A stretch of 61,443 nucleotides of DNA, filler included. It is 4 parts of 4 records of this genome, joined end to end, with 100 filler letters (N's around TTAATTAATTAA, not from the genome) between each part and the next. Parts side by side here need not be neighbours in the genome. Positions count along the whole stretch, not along the records: positions 41,309 to 56,131 come from SRR20825010_3131; 3 more parts are not named here. One strand, 5' to 3'. The notes beneath the pieces are model-generated. The model saw only the letters and a list, made by a program, of their open reading frames with translations, searched no databases and was not told the origin of the DNA. This document shows, one piece after another, positions 41,309-51,219 of the stretch (positions within the stretch are counted from its first letter, which is position 1; the number at the start of each line of letters is the position of its first letter). Position numbers and translations under genes: made by a program.

Positions 41309-41957
41309 CGGCCCGAACGGGGCGGGCAAGACCACGCTGTTCGCCACCATCGCCGGTTTCCTGAAGCCGAGTGAGGGCAGCGTCCTGCTCGGCGGGCAGG
41401 ACATCACCGGGCGCAAGCCGCACGATATCTGCCGGCGCGGCATGGTCCGCACCTTCCAGGTGGTGAAGCCCTTCGCCGGGCTGAGCGTGCGGGAAAATAT
41501 CGCCGTCGGCGCGCATACACGGATCGCCGGACGGGCGGAAGCGCTGGCTTTTGCCGGGAAGATCGCAGAGCAAGTCGGCCTTGGCGCCATGCTGGACCAG
41601 TCGGCGGGGGATCTCACCGTTGCCGGGCGCAAGCGGATCGAGCTTGCCCGGGCACTGGCGACGCAGCCGAAGCTGCTGCTGCTGGACGAGGTGATGGCCG
41701 GGCTCAACGCGACGGAGATTCTTGAGATCGTCGCGATCATCCAGCAGATCCGGGACAGCGGAGTCACCATTCTTCTGATCGAACATGTCATGCAGGCGGT
41801 AATGAAACTGTCCGACCGGGCCTATGTGCTGAATTACGGTGAGATCATTGCTGAGGGCAGCCCGGTCGAGATCGCGCACGATCCGAAAGTGGTCGAGGCC
41901 TATCTCGGGCACGGGGCGAGCGAGCGGATGAAATCCGCGGGAGGCACCGATGCTTGA
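41309..41957 (+). CDS. Branched-chain amino acid-type ABC ATPase (LivG-like), 5'-truncated
   Basis: GPNGAGKTT from 41310, RTFQ, LLLLDE, IEH and V.EAYLG. Confidence 0.92.
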
Positions 41958-42651
41958 GGTCAAGGATCTGAAGGCCGGATACGGTCAGGCAAAGGTGCTG
42001 CACGGTGTCTCGCTGAAAATCGGCGAGGGCGAGCTGGTGGCGCTGCTCGGCAGCAACGGCGCGGGTAAATCGACGCTGAACAACAATGTCTCCGGCATTT
42101 ACAAGCCGTTCGCGGGTAGTATCCGGTTTGACGGGATTGAGATTGCCGGTGCCCGTTCGGAAGAGATTGTCGATCGCGGCCTGATCCAGGTGCCGGAAGG
42201 CCGCCGGGTGTTTCCGAACATGTCCGTGCGGGAAAATCTCGAGCTTGGCTCCTACAGGCGTGCCACGCCGAACCGGGCCCGGAACATCGACCGTGTGGTC
42301 GGGATCTTCCCGCGCCTGAAAGAACGGTTTGACCAATATGCGGGCACGCTGTCCGGTGGCGAGCAGCAGATGCTGGCCATCGGCCGCGGCCTGATGGCTG
42401 AGCCGCGCCTGCTGATCCTCGATGAGCCGTCACTGGGCCTGTCACCGCTTCTGGTGGAGGAGATGTTCGCGCTGATCCAGAAATTGCGCGCCGAAGGGCT
42501 GGCGATTTTCCTGGTCGAACAAAACGTCGTCCAGTCGCTGGAGATCGCAGACCGGGCTTATGTCATGGAGAACGGTCTGATTACGGTTGAGGGACCGGCG
42601 CAGGATCTGATGCATGACGAGGAGCTGCGCCGCTCCTATTTGGGGATGTAG
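41950..42651 (+). CDS. Branched-chain amino acid-type ABC ATPase (LivF-like)
   Basis: GSNGAGKST, VPEGRRVF, LSGGEQQM, LDEPSLGL and VEQN. Confidence 0.95.
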   Translation: MLEVKDLKAGYGQAKVLHGVSLKIGEGELVALLGSNGAGKSTLNNNVSGIYKPFAGSIRFDGIEIAGARSEEIVDRGLIQVPEGRRVFPNMSVRENLELGSYRRATPNRARNIDRVVGIFPRLKERFDQYAGTLSGGEQQMLAIGRGLMAEPRLLILDEPSLGLSPLLVEEMFALIQKLRAEGLAIFLVEQNVVQSLEIADRAYVMENGLITVEGPAQDLMHDEELRRSYLGM

Positions 42652-42653
42652 TC

Positions 42654-43931
42654 ATGAGCATGACACTGGCGGAAAAGATCATCGCGAAGGCGGCCGGACA
42701 GGACAGCGTCCGGGCTGGTGAAATCGTCACCTGCAACGTCGATCTCGCCATGATCCATGACAGCGGTGGGCCGCGCCGGGTGAAACCGGTGCTGGAGCGC
42801 CTCGGCGTGAAGGTCTGGGACGCGAAGAAAGTGGTCGTGATCTCCGACCATTTTGTCCCGGCGGTGGACCAGCAGAGCGCCGCGATCCTGAAACTGACCC
42901 GGGACTGGGTGAAGGATCAGGAGATCGAGGGATTCTATGACCAGCAGGGTATCTGCCATGTGGTTCTGCCGGAACGCGGGCATCTGAAACCCGGCATGTT
43001 CGTGGTCGGCGGTGACAGCCACTCGCCGACCGGCGGTGCCTTTGGTTGCTACATGTTTGGCGTCGGTGCGACGGATATGGCGGGCGTGCTGGTCACAGGG
43101 GAGACCTGGATCAGGGTGCCGGAGACCATCCGGATCGACTGGTCCGGCACGCTGCCGCACGGCTCGTCGGCCAAGGACATGATGCTGAAGCTCTGCGCCA
43201 CGCTGGGCATGGATGGCGGCGATTATCAGGCGGTGGAATATACCGGCAGCACGATTGCGGGCCTGTCCATGACGGAACGCATGACCATGTCCAACATGGC
43301 GGCTGAACTCGGCGCGCAAGCGGGGCTGATCGCGGCGGACGGAACGACGGCGGACTATATCCGTGCGGCGGGAGCCGATCCGAATGAGGGTACAGCCTTC
43401 GCAGGGGACGCGGATGCGGCCTACCGCGTGGTCCATGAGTTCGATGCTTCCACGCTCGGCCCTCAGGTTGCCGCACCGGATAGCCCGGCCAATTCCGGCC
43501 CGGTCGAGGATGCCGAGGATGCACCGGTCGACCAGTGCTATATCGGCGCCTGCACCGGCGCGAAGCTGGAAGACCTGCATATGGCGGCGGAAGTGCTCGG
43601 CGGTCGTCAGGTCGCGCGCGGGACGCGCCTGCTGCTGGCTCCTGCCTCGACGCGGGTCACGGCCGCTGCTGCCGCAGATGGCACGCTGGCGAAACTGACG
43701 GAAGCGGGCGCCATCCTGATGCCGTCCGGTTGTGGTGCCTGTGCCGGGTATGGCGCTGGTGTGCTGGCCGAAGGTGAGACCTGCATGGCCTCGACCGCGC
43801 GGAACTTCAAAGGCCGGATGGGCGCGCGTTCCTCGAAAGTCTATCTCGGCTCGCCCTATACCGTTGCCGCGACCGCCGTGCGCGGCCGTGTTGCCGATCC
43901 GCGCCCTTTCCTGGCGGAGAACAGGTCATGA
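42654..43931 (+). CDS. LeuC/DmdA/HacA-type [4Fe-4S] hydratase, large subunit
   Basis: DH, GICH, GDSHS, IGACTG, GCGAC and RNFKGRMG; short 425-aa form. Confidence 0.92.
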   Translation: MSMTLAEKIIAKAAGQDSVRAGEIVTCNVDLAMIHDSGGPRRVKPVLERLGVKVWDAKKVVVISDHFVPAVDQQSAAILKLTRDWVKDQEIEGFYDQQGICHVVLPERGHLKPGMFVVGGDSHSPTGGAFGCYMFGVGATDMAGVLVTGETWIRVPETIRIDWSGTLPHGSSAKDMMLKLCATLGMDGGDYQAVEYTGSTIAGLSMTERMTMSNMAAELGAQAGLIAADGTTADYIRAAGADPNEGTAFAGDADAAYRVVHEFDASTLGPQVAAPDSPANSGPVEDAEDAPVDQCYIGACTGAKLEDLHMAAEVLGGRQVARGTRLLLAPASTRVTAAAAADGTLAKLTEAGAILMPSGCGACAGYGAGVLAEGETCMASTARNFKGRMGARSSKVYLGSPYTVAATAVRGRVADPRPFLAENRS

Positions 43932-44416
43932 GCGGTAAAGCATGGAAATACGGCGACAATGTCGATACCGACCTGCTCGCCCCTGGCGCCTATATGAAAG
44001 GCCCGGTGGAAGAACTGGCGAAACATTGCCTTGAAGCCATCGATCTTGAGTTTGCACCGAACGTGCAGCCGGGCGACGTCATCGTCGCGGGCCGCAATTT
44101 CGGTATCGGCTCCAGCCGAGAGCAGGCGGCGGAAGTGCTGGTTCTGCTCGGCGTGAAGGCGGTTATCGCCAAGAGCTTCGGCGGGATCTTCTACCGTAAC
44201 GCCTTCAATCTCGGCCTGCTGGCGCTGGTCGCCGACGCCGAGGCGGATATCGAGGCGGGGCACGAGCTTGACCTCGATCCGGCCAGCGGCACCATCACCA
44301 ATACGACAACCGGCGCGCAGATCGCCGCCGAACCCGTTCCCGAGCATCTCCGCCGCATTGTCGCGGCCGGCGGGCTCGTTCCCTATCTCGAGCAGAAACT
44401 GGAGAAACACTCATGA
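43928..44416 (+). CDS. LeuD/DmdB-type hydratase, small subunit
   Basis: GDNVDTD, NFGIGSSREQA and SFGGIFYRN. Confidence 0.92.
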   Translation: MSGKAWKYGDNVDTDLLAPGAYMKGPVEELAKHCLEAIDLEFAPNVQPGDVIVAGRNFGIGSSREQAAEVLVLLGVKAVIAKSFGGIFYRNAFNLGLLALVADAEADIEAGHELDLDPASGTITNTTTGAQIAAEPVPEHLRRIVAAGGLVPYLEQKLEKHS

Positions 44417-45291
44417 CGCCTTCAAGCGTCCTGAAACAGCGGCTGAAACAGCCCGAGATCCTTGTGGCGCCCGGCGTGTTCGACGCCTTCAGCGCCATGG
44501 CGGCGACCAATGCGGGCTTCGAGGCGCTTTATGTCTCCGGTGCGTCCATTGCCTATACCCGTCTCGGCCGCCCCGATATCGGCCTGTTCGGGCTTGAGGA
44601 AGTGGCTGACGTGGTCTCGCATATCTCCGAGCGGGTCGACCTGCCACTGATTGTCGATGCCGATACCGGTTTCGGCAATGCGCTGAACGTCCAGCGTACC
44701 GTCCGCCTGCTGGAGCGCTCCGGCGCCGCCGGGATCCAGATTGAAGATCAGGCGATGCCGAAGCGCTGCGGCCATCTGGACGGCAAGGCGCTGGTCTCCA
44801 AGTCGGAAATGGCGGGCAAGATCCGCGCGGCCGTCGATGCCCGGCGGGACGAGGCGACCCAGATCATCGCCCGCACCGACGCCATCGGCGTTGAGGGCTT
44901 CGAGGCAGCGCTGGAACGCGCCCAGGCTTACAAGGAAGCCGGTGCCGACGTGCTGTTCGTCGAGGCGCCGCGCGACGAGGCGGAGATCGCCGAAGTGATC
45001 TCCCGGTTCGGGGCGGACATTCCGCTGCTCGCCAATATGGTCGAGGGGGGTAAGACGCCCGCCAAGTCCGCCGAGGAATTGCAGGAAGCCGGGTTCGATA
45101 TCGTGATTTTCCCGGGCGGCCTGATGCGTGCGCTCGCGGTGACGATCACCGAGTATTTCCAGAGCCTGCACGCAAACGGCAGCACCAAGCCGTTCCAGGA
45201 CCGGATGCTGGACTTCAAGCAGTTGAACGATCTGCTGGGCACGCCGGGCATTCTTGAGGCTGGCCGGAAATATGACGGGGAGGCCGAATGA
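44413..45291 (+). CDS. Isocitrate lyase/PEP mutase family lyase (PrpB or 2,3-dimethylmalate lyase type)
   Basis: DADTGFG, IEDQ..PKRCGH, IARTDA and NMVEGGKTP. Confidence 0.92.
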   Translation: MTPSSVLKQRLKQPEILVAPGVFDAFSAMAATNAGFEALYVSGASIAYTRLGRPDIGLFGLEEVADVVSHISERVDLPLIVDADTGFGNALNVQRTVRLLERSGAAGIQIEDQAMPKRCGHLDGKALVSKSEMAGKIRAAVDARRDEATQIIARTDAIGVEGFEAALERAQAYKEAGADVLFVEAPRDEAEIAEVISRFGADIPLLANMVEGGKTPAKSAEELQEAGFDIVIFPGGLMRALAVTITEYFQSLHANGSTKPFQDRMLDFKQLNDLLGTPGILEAGRKYDGEAE

Positions 45292-47027
45292 TGGCGGCGC
45301 TTGATCCGGTCACCCTCGCGGTTCTGAAAGGGCGGCTCGAACAGATCGCGGACGAGATGGACGCGACCCTGTTCCGCAGCGCCTTCAACCCGATCATCGC
45401 CGAGGCGCACGACGCCTCGCACGGGCTCTATCATGCCGAGACCGGCGAGACGCTGGTGCAGGGCAAGTCCGGCCTGCCGATCTTCGTCGGCGCCATGTCC
45501 TTCGCGGTGAAGGCCGTGATCGACAAGTTCGGCGCCACGGGCGGGATCAGCGAAGGTGATGTCTTCATCTTCAACGATCCCTATGAAGGCGGCACCCACC
45601 TGTCCGACTTCAAGCTGGTGCAGCCCTTCTACCGGGACGGCAAGCTGTTCTGCTTCCTAGCCTCGGTCGGCCATTGGCACGATGTTGGCGGCAATGTGCC
45701 GGGGAACTACAACCCGGTCGCGACCGAGAGCTTCCAGGAAGGCATGATGATCCCGCCGGTGAAGCTGTTCTCCAAGGGAGAGCTGCGGCAGGACGTGATC
45801 GATATCATGCAGGCCAATTCCCGCCTGCCGGGCAGTCTCTATGGCGATCTGAACGGCCAGATCAACGCGCTGCGTCTCGGTAACGACCGGCTCGGCGCGC
45901 TCCTTGGTGAATATGGCGCGGACACTGTCGCGGGCGCCATGACCGAGCTGCGGGATCGGGCCGGGCAGCTCATGCGCAGCCTGATCGCAGACATGCCGGA
46001 CGGCCGCTATTCGGCGGACGATTTCCTCGACAATGATGGCATCGTCGACGAGCCGCTGCGCATCGCGCTCGATATCGTCATCGAGGGTGAGACCATGACA
46101 CTCGATTTCTCCCGGACCTCACCTGCCTGTGCCGGCCCGGTGAACATCTCCCGCTCGACCGCGATTGCCTCCTGCTACGTGGCGCTGAAGCATGTCTTCA
46201 AGGACGTGCCGGCCAATGCGGGTGTGCTGGAGCCGATCACCTTCGTCATTCCGGATGACAGCCTGCTGAGCGTCAAGGCGCCCAAGCCCGTCGGCGGTTA
46301 CACCGAGACCATTTTGCGCATCATCGACACCGTGTTCGTTGCCCTCAGCGACGCGGCGCCGGAGATGGTGAACGGCTGCGCCTACGGCACCATCAACGCG
46401 CTATCGCTGGCCGGGCACCGCAAGAACGGCCAGCGCTGGGTGATGTTCTCCTTCTTCGGTGGCGGCCATGGCGGCAATCCGGAAGGCGACGGGCTGAACC
46501 ACGGCAACGCGCCGATCTCGACGGCGACCATCCCGCCGATGGAAATCCTGGAAGCTGCCTATCCGGTCCGCTTCACCCAATGGGCGTTGCGGCCTGATAG
46601 CGGCGGCGCCGGGCGGCATCGCGGCGGCCTCGGGGCGATCTACGAGATCGAGCTGCTGGAAGAGAAGGCGGATGTCTTCCTCTTTGGTGAGCGCGGCCGG
46701 TTCGCGCCGCATGGTGTGGTCGGTGGCGGCGACGCCGCTCTGAACACATTCACCTACGAGCAGGTGGATGGCACTCACACACCGCCAATGGCCTCGAAGA
46801 TGGTCGGCATCAAGCTGGCGCAGGGCCAGAAGGTCCGACTGGAGACGCCGGGCGGCGGCGGCTACGGCGACGTGCTGGAACGCGCGCCTGACGCTGTCGC
46901 GGAGGATGTCCGGCTCGGCTATGTCAGCGCCGATGCGGCTGCCAAGACCTATCGCACAATTATCGCCGCCGACGGATCCGTCGACACAGCGGCTACCGAA
47001 ATCCTGCGCGCGGAGTCTGCGCAATGA
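45288..47027 (+). CDS. Hydantoinase B/oxoprolinase subunit
   Basis: RSAFNPII.E, NDPYEGGTHLSD, GHWHDVGG, DSGGAG and TPGGGGYG. Confidence 0.94.
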   Translation: MMAALDPVTLAVLKGRLEQIADEMDATLFRSAFNPIIAEAHDASHGLYHAETGETLVQGKSGLPIFVGAMSFAVKAVIDKFGATGGISEGDVFIFNDPYEGGTHLSDFKLVQPFYRDGKLFCFLASVGHWHDVGGNVPGNYNPVATESFQEGMMIPPVKLFSKGELRQDVIDIMQANSRLPGSLYGDLNGQINALRLGNDRLGALLGEYGADTVAGAMTELRDRAGQLMRSLIADMPDGRYSADDFLDNDGIVDEPLRIALDIVIEGETMTLDFSRTSPACAGPVNISRSTAIASCYVALKHVFKDVPANAGVLEPITFVIPDDSLLSVKAPKPVGGYTETILRIIDTVFVALSDAAPEMVNGCAYGTINALSLAGHRKNGQRWVMFSFFGGGHGGNPEGDGLNHGNAPISTATIPPMEILEAAYPVRFTQWALRPDSGGAGRHRGGLGAIYEIELLEEKADVFLFGERGRFAPHGVVGGGDAALNTFTYEQVDGTHTPPMASKMVGIKLAQGQKVRLETPGGGGYGDVLERAPDAVAEDVRLGYVSADAAAKTYRTIIAADGSVDTAATEILRAESAQ

Positions 47028-49093
47028 ATGATCTGAGCCGGAAGACCGTCGTCGGAGTCGATGTCGGCGGCACGTTTACCGATCTGTTTTTCCTCGACGA
47101 AGCAGCCGGAACCTGCGGCGTTGCCAAGGTCCCCTCGACCAAGCCGGACCAGTCGGTCGGCATACGCGGCGGCATCGGCGAGGGCGGTGTGGAGCTTGGC
47201 GCCATCGGCACCATCGTGCATGGCACCACGGTCGGCACCAACGCGCTGCTGGAACGCAATGGCGCCCGCACCGGTGTCATCACCACGACCGGTTTCCGTG
47301 ACGTGCTGGAAATGCGCCGCCGCGACCGGCCGCAGACCTGGGGCCTCTGGGGCAGTTTCGACCCGGTGGTGCCGCGCGACCTGCGCCTTGAGGTGGATGA
47401 ACGGGTGCTGGCCGACGGCTCCGTGCATACCGCCGTCGATCCGGACGCCGTGAAGCAGGCCGCCAAGACATTGCTCGAACGCGGCGCCGAATCCGTCTGC
47501 GTCTTCTTCGTCAATTCCTACGCCAACGACGCGAACGAGAAGGTGGCGCTTGAGGCCGTCCGCGAGGTCTGGCCGAACCCGCATATCACGGCTTCCAGCG
47601 TGATCCTGCCGGAAATCCGTGAATTCGAACGCGGTTCGACCGCCTCTCTCAACGCCTATCTTCAGCCTCCGGTGGGCAACTACCTCGAGCGTCTGGAAGA
47701 CGGTCTGCGCGATGGCGGTTTCGGCGGCCAGGTGCTGATCGTGCAATCGAACGGCGGCGTCATGTCGGCCAAGGTGGCGCGGGAGCTGCCTGTGCGCACG
47801 GCGCTCTCCGGCCCGGCTGCAGGCGTCATCGCCGGGGCCTATATCGCGGAAGCCGCAGGCGAGCCGAACATCATCACCTGCGACATGGGCGGTACCAGCT
47901 TCGATGTCTCCCTCGTCGCGGACGGGCAGAGCGCACTGAGCGCCCAGACCTCCATCGATTTCGGCATGGTGGTCCGCACCCCGATGATCGAGATCACCAC
48001 CATCGGCGCAGGCGGTGGCTCCATTGCCTCCGTCGACCGTGGCGGGCTGCTGCAGGTAGGCCCGGAAAGCGCGGGCTCCGACCCGGGCCCGGTTTGCTAT
48101 GGGCTCGGCAACACGCGTCCGACCGTGACCGATGCGAACGTGGTCATGGGCCGGATCAATGCAGAGCGCCCGATCGGCGGCAAGCTGGACCGGCTCGACG
48201 TGGAGGCATCGAAAGAGGCCATTCGCGTGCATGTGGCGGAGCCGCTTGGTATCGAGGTGATGGAGGCGGCGGAAGCCATCGTCCGGGTCGCCAATGCCAA
48301 GATGGCGGGCGCCATCCGTCTTGTTTCCATCGAGCGCGGGCACGACCCGAAGACCTTCACCGCCATGCCGTTCGGCGGTGGCGGCTCGCTGCATACCGGT
48401 GCGCTGATCAAGGAAGTCGGCCTCGCCCGTGCGCTCGTCCCCCGCTATCCGGGTGTGACCAGTGCGCTCGGCTGCGTCATCGCCGACATGCGGCATGACC
48501 GGGTGCAGACCCTGAACACCATGCTGGACATGCTCGATCTCTCGGCCCTGAACAAGGCGGTCGAGGAAATCGTGATCGAGGCTGAAGGCCTGCTGGACGG
48601 TGCCAACGTCGCCTTCGAGGGCATCGAGCGTCTGGTTGAGTTCGACATGCTCTATCTTGGCCAGACCCATACGGTTTCCGTGCCGGTTGCTGACGCGATG
48701 AATGGCAGCCGGTCGGTACTCGATACGGTGAAGATCAAGGCGGCGTTCGAGGCGGCTTACAAGGCCACCTTCGGCAGCCTGCTGGACGGAATCGGCATCC
48801 GGGTGATGAACCTGCGGGTCGCCGTGATCGGCACGCGCCCGAAATTCGATCTGGCACTGCTGGCACCGTCCGAAGGCGGATCGGTCGAGGCCTCGCGCAC
48901 CGGTGCGCGGCAGATCTGGTTCGACAGCAAATGGTGGGACAGCCCGGTCTATGATCGTCTGTCATTGCCGGTCGGTGCGGAAGTGCCGGGTCCGGCGGTG
49001 CTGGAGCAGGCGGACACCACCATCCTGGTCGATCCGGACCTCACGGGCACGGTCGACAGCTACGGCAATTTCGTCATTGCGAGGAAAGCCTGA
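47024..49093 (+). CDS. Hydantoinase A/oxoprolinase ATP-binding subunit
   Basis: DVGGTFTD, HGTT.GTNALL, SGPAAG, DMGGTSFD, GPESAG and PTVTDA. Confidence 0.95.
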   Translation: MNDLSRKTVVGVDVGGTFTDLFFLDEAAGTCGVAKVPSTKPDQSVGIRGGIGEGGVELGAIGTIVHGTTVGTNALLERNGARTGVITTTGFRDVLEMRRRDRPQTWGLWGSFDPVVPRDLRLEVDERVLADGSVHTAVDPDAVKQAAKTLLERGAESVCVFFVNSYANDANEKVALEAVREVWPNPHITASSVILPEIREFERGSTASLNAYLQPPVGNYLERLEDGLRDGGFGGQVLIVQSNGGVMSAKVARELPVRTALSGPAAGVIAGAYIAEAAGEPNIITCDMGGTSFDVSLVADGQSALSAQTSIDFGMVVRTPMIEITTIGAGGGSIASVDRGGLLQVGPESAGSDPGPVCYGLGNTRPTVTDANVVMGRINAERPIGGKLDRLDVEASKEAIRVHVAEPLGIEVMEAAEAIVRVANAKMAGAIRLVSIERGHDPKTFTAMPFGGGGSLHTGALIKEVGLARALVPRYPGVTSALGCVIADMRHDRVQTLNTMLDMLDLSALNKAVEEIVIEAEGLLDGANVAFEGIERLVEFDMLYLGQTHTVSVPVADAMNGSRSVLDTVKIKAAFEAAYKATFGSLLDGIGIRVMNLRVAVIGTRPKFDLALLAPSEGGSVEASRTGARQIWFDSKWWDSPVYDRLSLPVGAEVPGPAVLEQADTTILVDPDLTGTVDSYGNFVIARKA

Positions 49094-49701
49094 TGAGCGG
49101 GGAATTCGATCCGAAGACGACGGCGCTGCTGCTGGTCGACATGCAGAATGACTTTTTGCACCCGGCAGGGGCCTATGCGCGTGGCGGTGCCGGGGCGGCG
49201 GAGATCGCGGCCCTGCCGGAGGCGCTGAAGCCGGTGGCGGACAGAATGCGGGAGATCGGCGGCTGGATCGTCTCCACCCATTTCACGCTGGTTCCCGGCA
49301 AGGAGGGTGAGCCCTTCATCTCGCCGCACCTGAAGCAGCTCCGTCCGTTCCTGCGCAAGGGCGATTTCGAGCCTGGCCGTTTCGGTCAGGACCTGATCGA
49401 GGGGCTGGCGCCCGCCGATATCAAGGTCGAGAAGGTGGCTTTCTCAGCTTTCTACATGAGCCGTCTCGAATGGGTGCTGAACCGGGCGGGGATCGAGCAT
49501 CTGATTGTCGGCGGCATTGTTACCAATGGCGGCGTTGCCTCGACCGTGCGCGATGCCCATGTCCGGGATTTCCATGTCACCGTGCTTTCCGACGGTTGCG
49601 CGGCCTTCTCTCCGGAAGTGCACGAAACCAACATCGCCGCTCTGAAGAGTGTTGCCGGGATTGATGATTGCGCCAGCGTGATCGAGAGGCTGAAGCCATG
49701 A
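49093..49701 (+). CDS. Isochorismatase-family hydrolase lacking the catalytic Cys
   Basis: LLVDMQNDF, EK.AFSAF and GIVTNGGVASTVRDA. Confidence 0.88.
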   Translation: MSGEFDPKTTALLLVDMQNDFLHPAGAYARGGAGAAEIAALPEALKPVADRMREIGGWIVSTHFTLVPGKEGEPFISPHLKQLRPFLRKGDFEPGRFGQDLIEGLAPADIKVEKVAFSAFYMSRLEWVLNRAGIEHLIVGGIVTNGGVASTVRDAHVRDFHVTVLSDGCAAFSPEVHETNIAALKSVAGIDDCASVIERLKP

Positions 49702-51083
49702 TCGGCGTTGCATCTCCGGAAGATATCGAGTTTCCCGCCTGGGTCCAGACCATCGTCATTGGTGCCGGGGCCTGCGGGTTGACGGCGGCGCTGGCGGCGC
49801 TGGCGGCGCAGGATGCGGGCGGTGAGGTGCTTGTGCTGGAGCGGGACGAGAGCCCGTTTGGCTCCACCTCCATGTCCTCGGGCTTTATTCCGGCAGCGGC
49901 AACGCGCTGGCAGCAGGAACAGGGGATCGACGACGATCCCAGCCTGTTTCTGGAAGACATTCAGCGCAAGTCCCACGACCGCTCCGATCCGACGGTAGCG
50001 GCTGAAGTGACCGAGGCCATCGGCCCGGCGCTGGAATGGCTGGAGGACGAGCACGGCATTCCGTTCGAGGTGCTGGACGGTTTTCTCTATCCCGGACACA
50101 GCCGGCACCGGATGCATGCCGTGCCTGAGCGCACCGGCGAAGCCCTGCTGACCCGGCTTTTGCAGGCGGTGATGGCGGCGGGTATCCCGGTGATGACCGA
50201 TGCCAGGGTGACGACACTGTTCGCCGATGAAGACGGCCTGATCTCCGGTGTCGAGGTAACCCGGCCCGATGGCACGACGGAGCTGATCGGCTGCGACAGC
50301 CTGATCCTGGCCTGCAATGGTTATGGCGGTAACCCGGAGATGGTGTCGGCGAACATCCCCGCCATGGCCGAGGCGGAATATCACGGCCATGCTGGCAATA
50401 CCGGTGACGCGGTGCTCTGGGGGGAGGCGCTCGGCGCCGAGGTGCGCGATCTGACGGCCTGTCAGGGCCACGGCTCCCTCGCCATGCCGCACCGTATCCT
50501 GATCACCTGGGCGCTGATGATGGAAGGCGGCATCCAGGTCAACAAGAACGGCGACCGGTTCGCCAACGAGCATCAGGGATATAGCGAACAGGCCGTCGAC
50601 GTGCTGAAGCAGCCGGACGGCGTGGCCTTCGATATCTATGACGCCCGGCTGCACGCGCTCGGGCTGGAATTTCCCGACTACAAGGACGCGGTCAATGCCG
50701 GTGCGGTCAGGCAATGCGACAGCGTCGAGGAACTGGCCGAGCATATCGGCGTGCCGTTTGACAATCTGGACGCTGCCATTGCCGCAACCCACACGGATGA
50801 GGTTGACCGGTTTGGCCGTGATCTTGGCAAGACGCCAGGTTTGGAAGATCCGTTCTTTGCTGTCCGCGTCACCGGCGCGCTGTTCCACACCCAGGGCGGC
50901 CTCGCCATCGATGGTGAGGCACGCGTGCTGCGGGACGATGGCAGTCCGTTCCCGAACCTGTTCGCCGCTGGCGGTGCCGCCGTCGGTGTCTCCGGTCCGG
51001 ACATTTCGGGCTATCTCTCCGGCAACGGCCTGCTGACCGCAATTGCGCTTGGCCGGATCGCCGGAGAGGCCGCCGTCAGGTAA
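49698..51083 (+). CDS. FAD-dependent oxidoreductase (fumarate reductase/KstD/TcuA-like)
   Basis: GAGACG, GSTSMSSG, NTGD, RFANE, HTQGG and GYLSGNGL; ATGA overlap places the start at 49698. Confidence 0.88.
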   Translation: MIGVASPEDIEFPAWVQTIVIGAGACGLTAALAALAAQDAGGEVLVLERDESPFGSTSMSSGFIPAAATRWQQEQGIDDDPSLFLEDIQRKSHDRSDPTVAAEVTEAIGPALEWLEDEHGIPFEVLDGFLYPGHSRHRMHAVPERTGEALLTRLLQAVMAAGIPVMTDARVTTLFADEDGLISGVEVTRPDGTTELIGCDSLILACNGYGGNPEMVSANIPAMAEAEYHGHAGNTGDAVLWGEALGAEVRDLTACQGHGSLAMPHRILITWALMMEGGIQVNKNGDRFANEHQGYSEQAVDVLKQPDGVAFDIYDARLHALGLEFPDYKDAVNAGAVRQCDSVEELAEHIGVPFDNLDAAIAATHTDEVDRFGRDLGKTPGLEDPFFAVRVTGALFHTQGGLAIDGEARVLRDDGSPFPNLFAAGGAAVGVSGPDISGYLSGNGLLTAIALGRIAGEAAVR

Positions 51084-51141
51084 GCCTCACTCCGCCGCAG
51101 CCAAAGTTGACATGCGGGAAGGGGGAGGTAAGTTCGTGCCC

Positions 51142-51216
51142 GTGAGGTAACGTCCTCACCCCAGTATGGGAATAAACGCCCGGGAACGGCCCGGCCCACC
51201 TAACAGAAGGGGCCGG
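51142..51216 (+). ncRNA. Variant guanidine-II (mini-ykkC)-like riboswitch
   Basis: Two ACG-loop hairpins (GTGAGG-TAACGT-CCTCAC; CCGGG-AACGG-CCCGG) and an alternative helix CCGGCCC/GGGCCGG overlapping the SD, upstream of a gdx-like start. Confidence 0.6.
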
Positions 51217-51219
51217 TCG

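Noticed and set aside
42654-44416. Calling these genes biosynthetic leuC and leuD
   Set aside because: They are the short HacA/DmdA-type form, lack leuA/leuB, and are coupled to a lyase and a hydantoinase.
46949-50888. 573-aa and 478-aa minus-strand ORFs opposite the catabolic operon
   Set aside because: These are codon-bias shadows with no RBS or motif support.
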